Below are positions 34,901-52,110 of a DNA stretch of 64,000 nt, in pieces. Origin of the DNA: Gordius albopunctatus (Eukaryota). The position numbers and the translations under genes were made by a program. A model generated the notes under the pieces. The model was given only the letters and a program-made list of their open reading frames with translations. It ran no database searches and was not told the origin of the DNA. The stretch covers positions 11,160,001 through 11,224,000 of the forward strand of contig OZ193909.1 in assembly GCA_964276515.1 (NCBI GenBank), in the 5' to 3' direction. How positions within the stretch are numbered: the first letter of the stretch is position 1; each line of letters opens with the position of its first letter.

Positions 34901-37900
34901 TTTGTATCTATTATAAAAGCCATCATAATTATACTAATCTACTAAACCTGATAACTTCATACTCTAATAACAATTTATTATTAAGATGCAATATTATAAT
35001 TTCAACCATGGTTAAGATTACACTGGTCAATATACAATGGACTTTAAAAATCAACCGGCAAACTGCTTGCAGATTGTGGTAAAGTTTTTTAACGATCAAC
35101 ACAAACATTTTTAGTTTTCCCCTATACTTCAATTTGAGATATTTGCTGTTAAAGCTGAAAAAATTGATTTAGGCGTTTTATTAAATTAAAATTTTACCGA
35201 TTAATTTGCAGTTGGCGTTTGAGAACGCCAAAATGGATATTTTTAGCAACTTTGACAGCAAATATTCACAAACTTGATTTATATTGAAAAAATTTAAATA
35301 AATTCGTGTTAACCGCGAAAACCTTTACCAAAATCTGCAAACAGTTTGCCGGTCGATTTTTATTGTTGAACCATGTTATTAATGATTTTTGAATCAAAAC
35401 ACTTAAAAATTTTTGTGTTGCAATTAATTATAAAAAATTGCTAAATCTATCCTAAAATTTACTAAACACTTAAATTGTTAATTAAGCTTTATATGTAATG
35501 CCAAGTGTCAATCGAGCACAATTATAAGTAAAGGCGGAAAATCTCAGATTTCCGTCGGAGCTATTTAAACAAATACACGTAAGAAAAATAACACTCGACT
35601 TATTAGGAATGGGAATAACAACATTCCTAATGCTTAACAAATAATAAATGGATAAATTCTAAAAAAATGAATAAATCGCTATTATTATTCAGACACTGCG
35701 GGTATATTTTTTTAGCTAAATAGGTTTGTGCTTATAATAACATAAAAATGTATTCTTTAAAAAAATTACCTTCGAAACGAGTTCTTCAATGTATGGCAGT
35801 GAGATCATGTGTGTAGTCTTAAAATATTTCTAAAATCACGAAAAAATATGTAAAATGATAAATTTTTATGTTTTTTAAGCCATACCTCTTCCATGGAATA
35901 TGTATCATAAAAGACAAAATAATCATCCTTATCCTGAATGTTATTGAGCCCGCAATATTCTAAATCAGTAACTAATCCAAATGCGATCACATTCGAATCA
36001 ATGTCTATTTTAAGAAAATTTGTTAAAGTTAAAATATTTATATAATTACTTTTGGATTGGTATAACAAGATTTGATTCAAATAATTCTCAAATTTGTAAT
36101 TGATGCCCCTCGTCATGCAATAAATTAGAGTAAACTGTATTAAAAATAAATCAAACTATAAATTTGTATCTCAAGATTGATTTGCAAATTATATATGAGA
36201 TAGTCTTTAAATAATCAGTAAAAATTAAAATATAATAGTAGTGTGGAAACAAATCTCTATAATTTTTTAAATCCTTGGTTTAATTTTAATTTAATTTCTT
36301 GATGTTATATTTATAACTAGCTGTGCCCGGGCAAATGTGGATTTGGCATAGTCAAAAGATCAGCACCGGTATATATTGAGTTGAGGCCCGACCACCCGCC
36401 CAGATATATTTTTTCGACCCAAACTTAGTACGCAGATTTAACCATGAAATTGCGCGGCACCATGGCCACATTAATTAAAAAGAGGCTCACATTGTTTTTA
36501 AATTATATTAGTATATTATAAACATTGTATATAGAGCCCTGCACGGGCCGTCCGAAGCCCGACCCAATCGGGTTTCGGGCCGGGTTTGGGCAGAATTTGA
36601 TAAAATAATCGGGCCTCGGGTTCGTATGAGGTTAAAAAGAAGAAAGACACATAACCTGTCTACAAGAGACGGAACGGAAACAAACTAAAACTCGGGAGTT
36701 AGTAGTGAAACACAATAGTTTCCAAATCATAGAAACGGTAATGGGGGGGGGGGGGTAATGTGATAAGCGAAACGTTGAAAGACAGGGTGGTGGAAGACAA
36801 ACCATGTTTAGAGTTGATGTGGGTGAAGATTGTAAATCAAGGAATCCTCAAACCGTTAAGTTTGCGTATGCTCCGCAAAGTTTATGGAATCAGAAATAGA
36901 CATTTTATTGAAATCAATGGAAAACAAGATACAAGGAATAGGTAGGAAAAAAAGCTAAGAGGCGAATTTCAACAGCCACGTGGTCACAGCTAAGAATGGA
37001 ATCATGGAGGGCGGCATGGCCTTAAGTAAAAAGGAGAAAATTTTCTACAAGTAACTAGGCATACAACGCGATTATCGTGACTTATAGAAGTGGAAGGCAT
37101 TTTAGTCGAACCACTTATCTGCTTAGACGGCGATAGAAGGGTAAGGATTGCGAAGTGATACGGGGAGGAAAAATCGACAGGTAACATCGTTAACTTATAA
37201 ATTTTAAAAAATATATACGAAAAAGAGAAAGTTATATGAACCTCAAATTATATCTGAAATGCTAAAAGACAACAACGACAGACGATAAAAACAATAATGG
37301 GCACCATGAAGTTAGGGCAGAACATAAATAAAGAATAGGAGAAGCTGCCTGCCAACAACATAAAGGAAGAGAATGCAGATTTTAAAATAGATCAAAGGAG
37401 GAAAAGTTTTAAACAGGGAACTACGGAGGTGGGATCAATCGGTTAGCGACTTAATCGAGAAAGAAAATCGTATATGGACGAAAACAAAAAAGTTGGAGGA
37501 CTATCAGTTAGATGCCGCTTTCATCGAGCTGGCTAGCAAAGACAGGCAGGATAATGGAAAAGAAAAGTAATACCGGGCTTTTTAAACTGAAAATCGAAGA
37601 AGGTCATACTATCTATACCTTAATTAATCAAAGGAAGTAATAGAGGTAGAAGTATATTTAGAGGAATTTAGTAATATTGCAATTTCCAAAGATCCTCTTC
37701 CTGATATAAAATCTAAGAATGTCAAGGTTCAAATAACCTTTCATTTTCCGTAATTCACATGTGCCGTCTTCACATAATACAAAAGCGTCATGCCCAAATT
37801 TACACAATGAATGCAAGTGTTAAATTCATTCTAATTACATTTAATTTGTTTTAACAAATCAAATTTAGTTTAACAAAGCTTCCCCAATTCGCCTTTTTAT

Positions 37901-40824
37901 TCCCTTATCACTCGTCGCTATCGCTAAGCTATTACTTATTTTTATAATAATTTATTTCCATAACCTTCTTTTTATGCGTTAGATAAAAAATTATCTCCGA
38001 AAATTGCATTTCTTTTGATAAATTATTTTACAAAAAGTAAGTAGTAACAGAGCACAGAATTCGACTAATTGAACTAATTTTATTTATTAAAAAGTTTATT
38101 TATGGGGTAGGGCATAAACGAGATTAGGCAAAAGGGGAGTCTAATTTTTTTTATTGTATTATTTATAAAATGTACGCTTTAAACTTAATTAAAAAATTGC
38201 TACATAAATATTTTCATGGACATCAGCTGCATCCAATGTAATATATTTTGCTGTTACATGATTTGTTCTAACATATTTGCACCTAACTACATTAGCAATT
38301 AATCAATTGAAATTTTGTGACCTATGAGCGGTTTTGCCAGTGATAACATAATATTTTAAAGAAACTCTAGCCAAATTTTTTAAAGACCAAATATTGCCAT
38401 TGACTTATTAAGATTAAAGTTTCATTTGAAAAAATTGGATCTCATTCGACTTTTAATAGGAAATTTGGTTTTTCCCGTGAGATTGTTATATTTGTTTTAA
38501 AATATGCCATTAATTTAATGCTTATTTTTTATAATGGTAAAAGAATTTGAGATCGCATAAATACGGACCTAACGCGGGCAGCTCTAATGATTCGGGTGGG
38601 CCCGGGTGGAAACCTAAAAGGGTTTGGCGGGCAATGAAATTAAAAAATTACACCGGGCCGGGTTCGGGCAAAAAATTCCAAACAAATTTGGTCTCTGGTC
38701 ACGACTATGATGAACCTTTTCACAAGTACAAGCAATAAAGCAAATTCCCTCAGATGAGAAAGATTTTACCTTACCTAAAGACAGAAGGGAGATCGGGAGT
38801 GCGATAATTAGAGGTAACGACTACTCTCTTAAAGTTATTGAAAAATCTCGGTAAGCCTGAAGGACGAAACGCACACATCGACTAAGCAGTTTAAAATTTT
38901 GGTTGGCAAATCTACAATCGACCCGATCTTTGCACTAAGACAAAGAATAAATAAGTACGGGGAAAAGAATAGAAACCTGAATATTCATGATGCATGTATG
39001 CGTTTATTAGGAATATTTAATACGCCTCAAATTCTTGGGTTAAAACGACGGTGGGGGAGTCTAAATCCTTTCGGGTAGAAATCGGGTTAAATCAAGGGTC
39101 TGCACTAACGTTTTTATTCAAAATATTCGGATAAGCAGAAAATTGTTTAAAGCGGTTAGCTGGATATGGTTGAAAGATCAACGATTTAAAACGGTTGACA
39201 TGGAGATAAACGCTACAGGTACCCAATCGCTAGATGAGCATTTAAGGTATTAAAAAGTAGACATGTGTACATACCTCGGCTCGATCCTACATCAAGAGGG
39301 AGGTAAAAGAAGTCAATGCACGGATCTAAAAAGGATAGCTCAAAAGGAGAAGCACAACTGGCAAGAATATGCCTATATGGCAGAAGATCAAAGCTCACAA
39401 ATTCATCGAAAGACTGTGGCCACTCTATGAAAGTGAAACATGGGCCTTAAACACCACATAATAAAATTTATTACAAGACACGGAGACAAGAATGCTTTGA
39501 TAAAGAAAAGTTTAAGGGTAATTAAACTATGGCAAAATCGGCTAAGATGTTGTGACCATATAATAAGAATGGAAACAAATGATGTGAATTGATAAGTACT
39601 GATTATGCAGGTGGCGGGGAAGATGAGGAGAGAAATGCCCTTAAGATATGGGCAAGAGGACAAATTTTGATGAATATAATTTTAGTTTTAAAGATGGCCC
39701 TCCCTCCATCATGAAGGAGGATGCAATCAAAAGAAACCCTACAACTGTGGGTATTTATAGAAGATCCCTTGTAAATAAGAGGCTGAGGCTTCAAAATACA
39801 GAGGAAATTCTTTAAAAGATAACCCACAACCCCAAATTTTTGCACAGATTATCGTTAATAGTAAGATTTAGCATTATGTAAAACGATGGATAATGCCTAT
39901 ATTTTGTGCAAGTAGAAAAGTCCTGTATTAAATTGTTATATTTTTTGTATATTGACTAAAAAATGTAAAAACTTGTACACTACAGATGAATAAAAATTTA
40001 TATAATGAACAATAATCAATAAAAAAACCATGTTAGAAATGTCAACCATTTATATCAGCAAAATTGGTATAACTAATGAAACAAACTCAAGAGGATTAAT
40101 TTTAACAAGGAAAAATTGATGGTAAAAAAATTAATTGAATAAAAGATGAAAAAATGAATTATATACCCTGATGAGTATAAATTTGCAAAAGTGCCCCAAA
40201 CAAAATCCGATTATTAAATAAAAATGATAGCTAAGAGGCAATAGCTTACAAATTGCAAAGAGTTTTAGCATTAACTATAAAATTTTGTGTGTAAAAATAT
40301 AACAGGGTTTATATAAATGCTTTTAAAACCTGCATATTTTGGTATAGGTATTCCATCTGTTTTAGAGATTTTACATGTATATAAGGGTTGTAAAGGATAG
40401 TATCTAAATAGCTTTGTAGGTAATGTAATTGGTGAGGGCCTTCATATTTTATTGCATCAAAAGCACCATAAAATAAATAATAGGAAGGTATTTGTTCAAA
40501 ATTTGGAAAATGTTTTACATAGGTTTCTTTACTCAAATATTTTACCAATAAAAATACTATCTAAAAAATACATTAACTGTCACAATTAGTAGCAATTACT
40601 TTATCTTTGTACAATAATTTTAAATTGTCAAAAATATCAAGTTGATTCAATGATTTAACATCCCATGGCGCAAAAATTAAAACAAACCGAATTTCGTTAG
40701 TTGTTGGGTTAAAAATCTGACTAAGACTATCATGGTCAAACGCTCTAATTTTTTTATTTTTATTCATATATTTGTTTTACTTCGCATAAAATATAAATGT
40801 ACACAAAATTATATATTTTAACAT
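31965..40824 (-). CDS. TXNDC11: Thioredoxin domain-containing protein 11 (TXNDC11/EFP1)-like ER redox protein, multi-exon
   Basis: 5' exons 40824-40781, 40744-40600, 40560-40330 give a hydrophobic N-terminus, FVLIFAPWDVKS and YYLFYGAFDAIKYEGP. 3' exons ~33583-32915, 32870-32819, 32760-32624, 32564-32455 (VLYYANYCGFCQSIDH), 32398-32318 (IDCSVNDLP..TLPSLRYYPAF), 32265-31965 (KHESVTYPE). Middle exons (~40270-40170, ~36116-35770, ~34000-33670) are only partly resolved. Confidence 0.75.
35046..35361. mobile_element. Fold-back MITE in a TXNDC11 intron
   Basis: aaaaatcaaccggcaaactgcttgcagattgtggtaaag is inverted as ctttaccaaaatctgcaaacagtttgccggtcgattttt. Confidence 0.7.
36317..36350 (-). mobile_element. 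Isolated Helitron 3' terminus
   Basis: a|ctagctgtgcccgggcaaatgtggatttggc resembles the family A end at 27389. Confidence 0.6.
37760..38700 (-). mobile_element. Inverted copy of the 26040-27325 MITE family
   Basis: Reverse-complement similarity over ~800 bp, with a CGGGC-rich end at 38570-38690. Confidence 0.65.
38740..39700 (+). pseudogene. Highly decayed RTE-type LINE RT fragment in a TXNDC11 intron
   Basis: Broken motifs STIDPIFALRQ and GLNQGSAL. Similar to 60440-61265 (cggttagctggatatg, acatacctcg, aagtcaatgca..gatctaaaaagga). Confidence 0.6.
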
Positions 40825-42746
40825 CTTGAAAAAATCAAATTTATCATGTTAGTCATTCTGTAACATAACAAATAGGTCCAAAGCTCCACGTGTTACATTA
40901 ACCAGGTCATTATTGCCAAGCCCACTATTCAAAATACCTTTATAACAAGAATTATAATAGTTTAAGAAATGACTTTAGGGTCAATGGCAGGATGAAGGTA
41001 AATGTAGGGTAGGTATAAGGCAATGAACATAGAATATTAAAGGGAAGCTGAAGGCAAGGAGGCAGAGAAGGGTCATAGCCATGTTAAATCTTTCTTTGAT
41101 ATTATAGCATTATGAGTAAAAAAGATTTTATAGTAATATAACTATCAGCACTTGAAGTGAATATTTATTTTCAAAATAAGTTAAGCCGATATGTACAGGG
41201 TCCTATCAACATCCGATCACCACCTCGTTGAATTCACCCCAAGGCATTCCTGTTGATCAATTTATTAAAAGATTGTAAAATATTTTATGGTTGATTAAGG
41301 GCGCGATTTTTTTAGTTATTGTGCTAACAAATATTATGAAATATTATCAGCGTTTTACACAAAAAACACAATTTTATAGCCTTGCAATATTTTCATTATA
41401 AGATTTTCGTATCCTTAATTTTTAACCTTTTGAAATATAAATCTTACAAAAATAAGCATGAAGAATAATAATAAAAAACGTTCTTTAACTTTTTATAGCT
41501 CTATTTTTATTTTATTTTGAGGTTTTTATTGCCACATTTTACGCAATTATAGTTTCAATCTTTTTTTTTATTTCAACTTTTTTTTTATTTTTGAAACATA
41601 TTTAATAACTAAAGTATTATAAAATCTTTATATTTTAGGATATATTTATTAAGTTACAATGATTAATTTAATATTTATAATCAAAAGGCTTATAGCAAGA
41701 ACAGATAGAGATTTAAAGAAAAGTTGGTAATATTGATTCATAGAGAGCAAAAGAGAAGGTAAAAGATGTGTGATAGTAGTAGCAATACATAATACGGTAG
41801 CTCCAATCCATTACATAAGCATATGAACCATTGGAAAAAGGAAGGGAGGGTGACCTAAAGTCTGTGGCGTTTTTACCCTAAAAAATATTGAGAGTAAGTG
41901 AAATTTTAACTTATATCAAAAATAAAGCTAGCTAAGGCAAAAATTCTATATTTTATCTCTATTTTTGTTTCATAGCTTAGAGTTTTTTCTTCCAATTTTT
42001 GTCAATTTGTTGTCTCAATTTACACTTTTGAAAAGGCAAAAACTTGCGTTTTCGCAACTTTGAACTCAATTATTCTAAAAACTTGCCGTATAGGAAAAAA
42101 GTGAAAAATGTGTTCATCACAAAAAACTCTAAAAAATACATCAATTATTTTCCGGTTGATATTTCTTTTAAGCCTGTGTTCCTAATTTATTTTTTTCAAG
42201 TGTTTAACATGTTATTTTAAAATTGCTTTAGATTCTTAGTTATTAGAATTTGAGAATGCTACTAATACGAAAAGAGCATCAAAATAACACACAAAATTAA
42301 CACTTAAACTATTTAATGATTTTAGAGAGCGTTTTGCCGCTTCATTTATGCATACTTCATTTTTAAACTTACTTTAAAATCTCTTTTCTCTGAAAGAGCG
42401 TGTTAATTCTACAAATAATAATTGTCAAATTCAAATGAAAAAAAATCCGTTTTACGCTGAACAATTAAATATTTTTAGTTTTTCCCTAATAGTCCAGATT
42501 TTGGTATCAATGAAGATAAAGGTGCAAAAATGGCATTTTTAACGTTTTTTAGGCTATATTCCCACGTTAGTTGAATCCTATAGACCATTTATTGGATCTC
42601 ATAATTTTATTTTTTTGTTTCACCTTATTTGGTTTTATACACGTTTATTTGAACCTCTCACTTGGATAAAAATTCCTCCCATGTCTAGGAAAAGAGAGTA
42701 CATTAGAGTACATTACATACGCGATGTTTTATAACACATCCCTCTC

Positions 42747-45503
42747 TAGTGATGCGAAAACCAGAGAAAAATCTCGGTCTCGTCTCAAAAGATTTTTTCG
42801 GTGAGATCTCGACTTTTTATTGATTGTTAGATTTTTGTATATTGTTGTGTATTTACATTTAAGGTATTAAGTATAAATCACCTTTTTTGGAATATATTTG
42901 ATATAAAAAAAATTCCTAAGTGTACTAAATATTATATATTTTTTCATTTACTTAAGTGGCTGTGGTATACGTGTATACCACGTTACCATATGTTAGTATA
43001 CAGCGTTACTTAGATTTATTTTATTAATGTTAATATAAAAGGGTTAAAGAACGGTTCTACAATCCTTATAATTAAAATAAAGGGATTGGTCAAAGGAAGC
43101 ACTTCTACCGCGCGTTAACCTAGACGCGGAAGTGGCTAAGTTTCTTTGACGCTCTTGTTTTTTAATTACTTTTTATTTTTAACTCAGCCACATCTGGTAC
43201 TCATTTTCGCAGCCCCGTCCGAAGATCGCCAGGTCATCGCTAGTAAAATCAAGCCCACCACCCAGGGAAGATTCAAAAGCTTTAAAAGCGAGATCTTACA
43301 TCCATATTGGAGTCCTTACAATTTTTCCAAAAAACTTTCTATTTGTTAAAACCCTTCGTAATTGTTCTCAATCCCTACGCTCCCCCTTTTTATCGTAATT
43401 TTACCGAATGTTATAATTTTACCGTCGCAGATAATTTAATTGTAAATCTTTCGGTATGGTTGTAAATAGTTAGTCGTTTTCGCGTTAATAAAGTAGATTA
43501 AATCTTTTTACTTACATAGTTACTTTCGCCTTACCGCCAGCCATTACAGTGGTTAAACCTTAGGATATGTGAATAAATTTATAATATATTTATCACATAT
43601 GTGCATCCATAGCATTATTAAATATTACAAAATTTGATGGAATAGTAAATATTACGAAGGGGACGTTTGTGATGATGCGCGAAGCGAAAAAAAGCGAAGT
43701 GAGTTTTTGGGCTAATTTATCAAACTTTTTATTCTTTTTGTTAATATCTTTATATTCATCGTGAAGTTTATAATTTATCAATGGTATTCATTGATAAGAT
43801 CGTAATTATTCTATAAAAATATACAATTATATAAAAAATACATATATACCAAATTCAATTTTTTAACCATTGCGCGAAAAGTACAAAATGATTTGTATCT
43901 TATTTTCGTTCGCTTTTTGCCGCAGGCGAAAAAAAATGTCCGCGGTTTCACTATGAACACCTCATATTTACAATTTTTATTTTCGTGATATATGATAAAA
44001 ATCACGATTAATATAGGATATTAAGAAAAATAATGAAAAGTTTTATAAATTAGCACAAAAATTTACTTCGCTTTTTTTTCGCTTCGCGCGTCATCACGAA
44101 CGCGGGGTAAAGCATATTTGAATTTAGAAGTTACTAATCCTGCATGATGCGGTAATTAAAAATTGATGGTCAATGAGTTTGAATAATTAAACAAGTTAAG
44201 ATAGGGTGGCCCGAGATTTTTAGCACCCGCCTAACGATTACAAAAGTATAAGAGAGTATTTAATGACACCGTAATAGATAAAATCTTAAATCATGAGCTT
44301 CAACTAATACTATACCTCCCAAATTTTTGAACCTTAATGAGACATTATGTGAATACATAGTTTTGTAATATGCATCACTTTTCACATTATAACCTGGGTT
44401 GGCAGGTGCATTCAAATTTACTATAATTTTGCAATATAAAATAAATACACGAACCTATACTGTACTAGATAAATTACTATTTAATGGCAAATTCAGTTAG
44501 ATTGGAAGATAATTAATTAGAATAGAAATTCGATTAAAATGATTTTTGTCATAAAATTAAATACGTGCACTTAAAGTTAAAGTTAAAAACCTTATGTTCG
44601 TGATCCTTTAATAATGATGCTTTTATTGTTGGTTTTACTACGTTTTCATATGTGCTAAACTAATTATAAATTTTGTAAATATAATATTCTCATTAAAAGT
44701 GACTCAAACTTTGTGGTCTGTAACGTTATAGTAAACAGGCAATAAACTCCATGGGCTATGGTATATCAATAGACTTAAACGTTTGCCTTATATATGTTAA
44801 GGTCTACTTTGAAACTTTAGCAAGGGTTAATTCTACGCCTATGGGAGATATTCGAGATTCTATTCGAGATTTGAATTCGTGAATTCGAATCCTTATGTGT
44901 AAATTTCGAATCGAATATTTACTTGCTGAGATTCAAAAACCCGAATCGAATCTTTAAAAAAGGATTCGAAAAATAATTTTTCTTCAAATTTACTTTAAAA
45001 AACGAGCCTAATATAATTAAGCTGTTTTTAAGTTTCCGCAAATTAGTTATTTTCCCCAATCACTAATTTTAAATTTTATAAGCATTCTTGACTTAAATTT
45101 CCAAAAAATGTCTATTCTATTCTTTAAAATTTTGAATTAGAATCGATTACCAAAAATATTCGATTCGATATCCAGAGGCTTAGTTGAATCCATGGAAAAT
45201 GTTATCTTTATGAATTATATTGTCAATGAGGTGTCGTGTCCGGCTAAATCTTTAATAATTTGTGTATTAAGGTTTTTCAATAAATATAAAAGATTGCTAT
45301 TTGGATTTTTTAACACTTAGTTAATATTTCTATTTTTAATAAAACAGGAAATTTTTTTATTCCGAATAAATTTTTATTTAAAAGTCGAGAAGAGACGAGA
45401 CCGAGATTTTCTAGACCTACGAGATCGAGATTTTTATAATCACTCCTGAAACGAGACGAGATTTTGTTTTCGACACCGAGACAAGGCCGAAACACCATCC
45501 CTC
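42747..45503. mobile_element. Old hAT-like element with GAGACGAGA subterminal repeats, containing nested insertions
   Basis: Left end tagtgatgcgaaaa..tctcggtctcgtctc; right end gagacgagaccgagat...catccct. TSD not convincing. An internal TTCGAAT-repeat segment lies at ~44845-45175. Confidence 0.45.
43664..44102. mobile_element. MITE with ~70-bp terminal inverted repeats
   Basis: cgtttgtgatgatgcgcgaagcgaaaaaaagcgaagt.. versus ..acttcgcttttttttcgcttcgcgcgtcatcacgaacg. Confidence 0.75.
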
Positions 45504-45979
45504 TCTCTCTTTCTTCTTCTCTTCACCCTACCCCATATCTAGTAAGGCATAAAAGAAAGGGGTGGTAGAGGAGATTAAGAGAGATTAAGTCAAAGCTATG
45601 ATATAGGATTATATGAATAATATTAAATAAAAATTTGAATTGTCATGAGAATCTAGTCTCAAAAACTTTAAAAGGCTATTTATTGCACGTTTTACTTATC
45701 ACAAAATCTGGATGACTAGGGAAAAAACAAAAACATATTATTGTTCAGCGTACAATTTTTTATTAGAACTATTTGTCAGATCACGGGATAAAATCATAAA
45801 GTCAATACTTGTCAACTTGTGTAATTAATGCTCATCATGGTTTAAATTGAGATGATTGTGACATAGCCAACTTTATTAGGTAAAATGTAGTTAGCATTAA
45901 TATAGTCAAAATTATAAATTCCCGCTTACGGATGACCTCTGGCCGAGCTTGTTAAAAATAAGGACAGAATTTAAGGTAA

Positions 45980-46875
45980 CCAGCGTAGTGTTTGCATCTC
46001 GTCTCTGCCTCGATAACAAAGTCTCGTCTCGTTTCGGGTGTGATTATGAGAATTTCTTATCGACGAGAAGTCAGAAGTGTCTTGACTTTGAAGTTTTTTA
46101 AACTATGTAAATTTTATTACTGATTAATTTAAATAATTATATAAATTAAAAAGTTTACAAAAATCAAAATGGCCAACCATTTTTTAATTGATAACCTTTA
46201 TAACACAAACTAATGTCCAACATGTCATTCTCGTTTATACATTACTTAATTCGACGATATAGGATAGTTAACAACAACTATTAATAACAGTGACAGTTTC
46301 TATAGAAAGGGAATTGTTTGAAAAAGGATTAGTTCTTACATAAGGATTAAAATATAGGTATACTCATATTTAATTTATTACAAATTTGGGCTAGCTGGGA
46401 CCCTTAACAAAAATAAGTAATGACTTTAGTAGATAATTTGGGAAAGAGTTTCAGCCCCTTTATACAAATCATCCTTCGCCAAAAAAACTTATTGCATATT
46501 TTTATAAAAACTAGACAGGTACAAGCAGATACTTCTTATCATTATTCATATAAATCATAAGTAATTAATTCCCCATATTCTATTGTTGTAAAGAACCAAT
46601 AAATATAATACAGTTCTTAAAATTAAGAGTTTTGAGGACTTTAATAAATTAAACGTATTTAATTTTTTAACATATGATTTTGAATAAAACATTTTGGCAA
46701 TATTATTCATTCCAAATTTTAAAAACCGATGGGAAAATATTTAATGTCAGAAAATTAAAAGTAATTTGAGGTTTTTAGCATGTGCAATCGCGTATATTGC
46801 CTTAGGATATTCTTTGATGGCGACTTATGGTAGCATCATCAAAGTAACAAACATTTAATGTTAAGGCGCTTTGAG
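45980..46875 (+). repeat. Dispersed repeat, same family as 58965-60176
   Basis: Collinear shared words aatggc(c/t)aaccattttt, ctagctggga, gatactt..atcattattcata, gcgctt(t)gag. Confidence 0.55.
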
Positions 46876-47349
46876 TAGAAAGTATTTCTCTAAATTTTTT
46901 TATCCCTAGACAAAACCTGAATAGACGTGAAGGTTCACCCTGTTACACTCAAAGGATTAGATAAAGAATTCCCTAAACTTATGTCTTGGTATACAGCCGT
47001 AACTTACGATAATGCAATTCAAAATTCTTGGTGTTCATCAAAAATTGTTTAATTGCCAGCCTCTGCGAATGTTTTAAAAGCATGGAAAAAATCAATTTAG
47101 GCATGCAGTTGTTGGAGGGTATTTGCTCAAGGCTAATCCTGTACCAAGGCTACAACCCTTTTTAACCCCAAATTCAAAATGATGGGAAATTAGCTTATAC
47201 TTAGACTATGTTTGATTGTTTTATATATTATTTTTTAATATAATACGTCGGAAACTACATTATCTTATTAAGGACTTTACTGTATATACTCCATATGCAT
47301 TCCAACTCGAAGGTCACGAAATGACCTAACTTTTAAATTTTTAAATAGC

Positions 47350-50651
<3,302 letters not shown>

Positions 50652-51370
50652 GTAATCTTGGACTTTTGGTTATTTTTTTGTAATACACCTACCCGTTCCT
50701 TTTAATTTAGCGGTAGGCCAATTGAATCTTAATGTATAAATTCTGACATGATACATTATATTTTATCAAATAATATTGCTTCTCCATTTAACAAATGTGA
50801 TGTTATATTTAGTACGCCGTATTTTACAAAGATCGAATTTGTCTTGGTAACGCCAGAATATACCAAGTTGATACAGCTTCGTCGCACGAACGTTTTAGAA
50901 AATATTCATAAACTAATTTATAAAAATGGTCATTCGACGCTCATAAAATTTTATAGTTGCAATAAAAATATGTTCACACAGGCTTTCAATTGTGGGTGTA
51001 ACCAATTTTATATAAATTCTTCAAATTTAACTTACAAATTTAATAATTAGTCATTGTTTGAAGGTAACTACTAGAAGTTGTTTGTTTCAAAATATTTTTA
51101 TTGTTTGAATGATATTAATTTAAGGATATTGGTAAACTATGGTAATGAGTAAAGTAAAGTTCTTCAACCTTGTCGAAAGATTCCCCCTCCCCCTTTGCGT
51201 CGCATGATACTTTATGATTTACGTGCGCCTGTTGCAAGATCCCCCCCCCCTTTTGCTTCATACGATATTTATGAATTATATCATATACTTTAATAACTAG
51301 CTATGTTAAAAAATATCGTATTCATGATTATTATTGATTTTCATATAGATAGAGAACCGAGCCAGAAATA

Positions 51371-52110
51371 CCTTGTAGTGGTGGTTGAGCTTGTGTACTC
51401 TCGTGATCCAAGAAGCTATACCTTTAGTAGCCAAACACAATTTTTGTGTTTGTTACTGGTGGGGTCACCCTATTGGCAAGGTTCTTGGTGAAGGGTCAGA
51501 CTAAAATTTCTGGGCTTTTTGAGGGAGTATGGAAGTGCTAGATTAAGCCTATCAATACGAGTGGTCTAAAAGTTTAATTCAACAAAATGACGGCATCATA
51601 AAGAATAGTAGGTAGTCAAGCGCCAAAATCTAACATAGTTCCATCAGGCTTGGAAGGCCGAGATATCAATACTCCCTCTTATATAAACTAAAATGTATAC
51701 TACAACAAAGAAGCAGCATGAAAACCAAGCTAGGGCGTCCCCTAAGCGGCGCGCGCATTCTTCGCCTGGAATGTGTGGGAAATAAACGAAGGCTACCGCT
51801 CTCTCAACAAACGGAAGCGGTTAAAGACATTAGTTTGCGTAGGATAAAGTTTGGCTCATATAATATTGGTAAAATGACTAGCAAGAGGAGAGAATTGGCA
51901 GACGTTCTAAGGAGAAAAATCGATATCGCTTGTATACAAGAGACCAAATTGAAGGGCCAAAAAGCAAAATACATAGGTGACGGATACAAATTATATTTTT
52001 ACGGTAGAGAAACGCATCGGAATGGTGTCGGTATAGTGCTATCTGAAGAATTTCAGCAAATTGTCGTCGACGTAAAAGAATCAATGGCAGAATTATGGCG
52101 ATACAGCTTT
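51371..52110 (+). mobile_element. 5' portion of an RTE-clade LINE (structured leader plus N-terminal APE domain)
   Basis: RIKFGSYNIG..IDIACIQETKLKG..GYKLYFYG...RNGVGIVL; truncated at ~52110. Confidence 0.8.

Noticed and set aside
50748..51050. 100-aa ORF as the missing TRMU terminal exon
   Set aside because: No AVFY/CLG-like motif and no suitable in-phase acceptor; AT-rich with no recognisable similarity.
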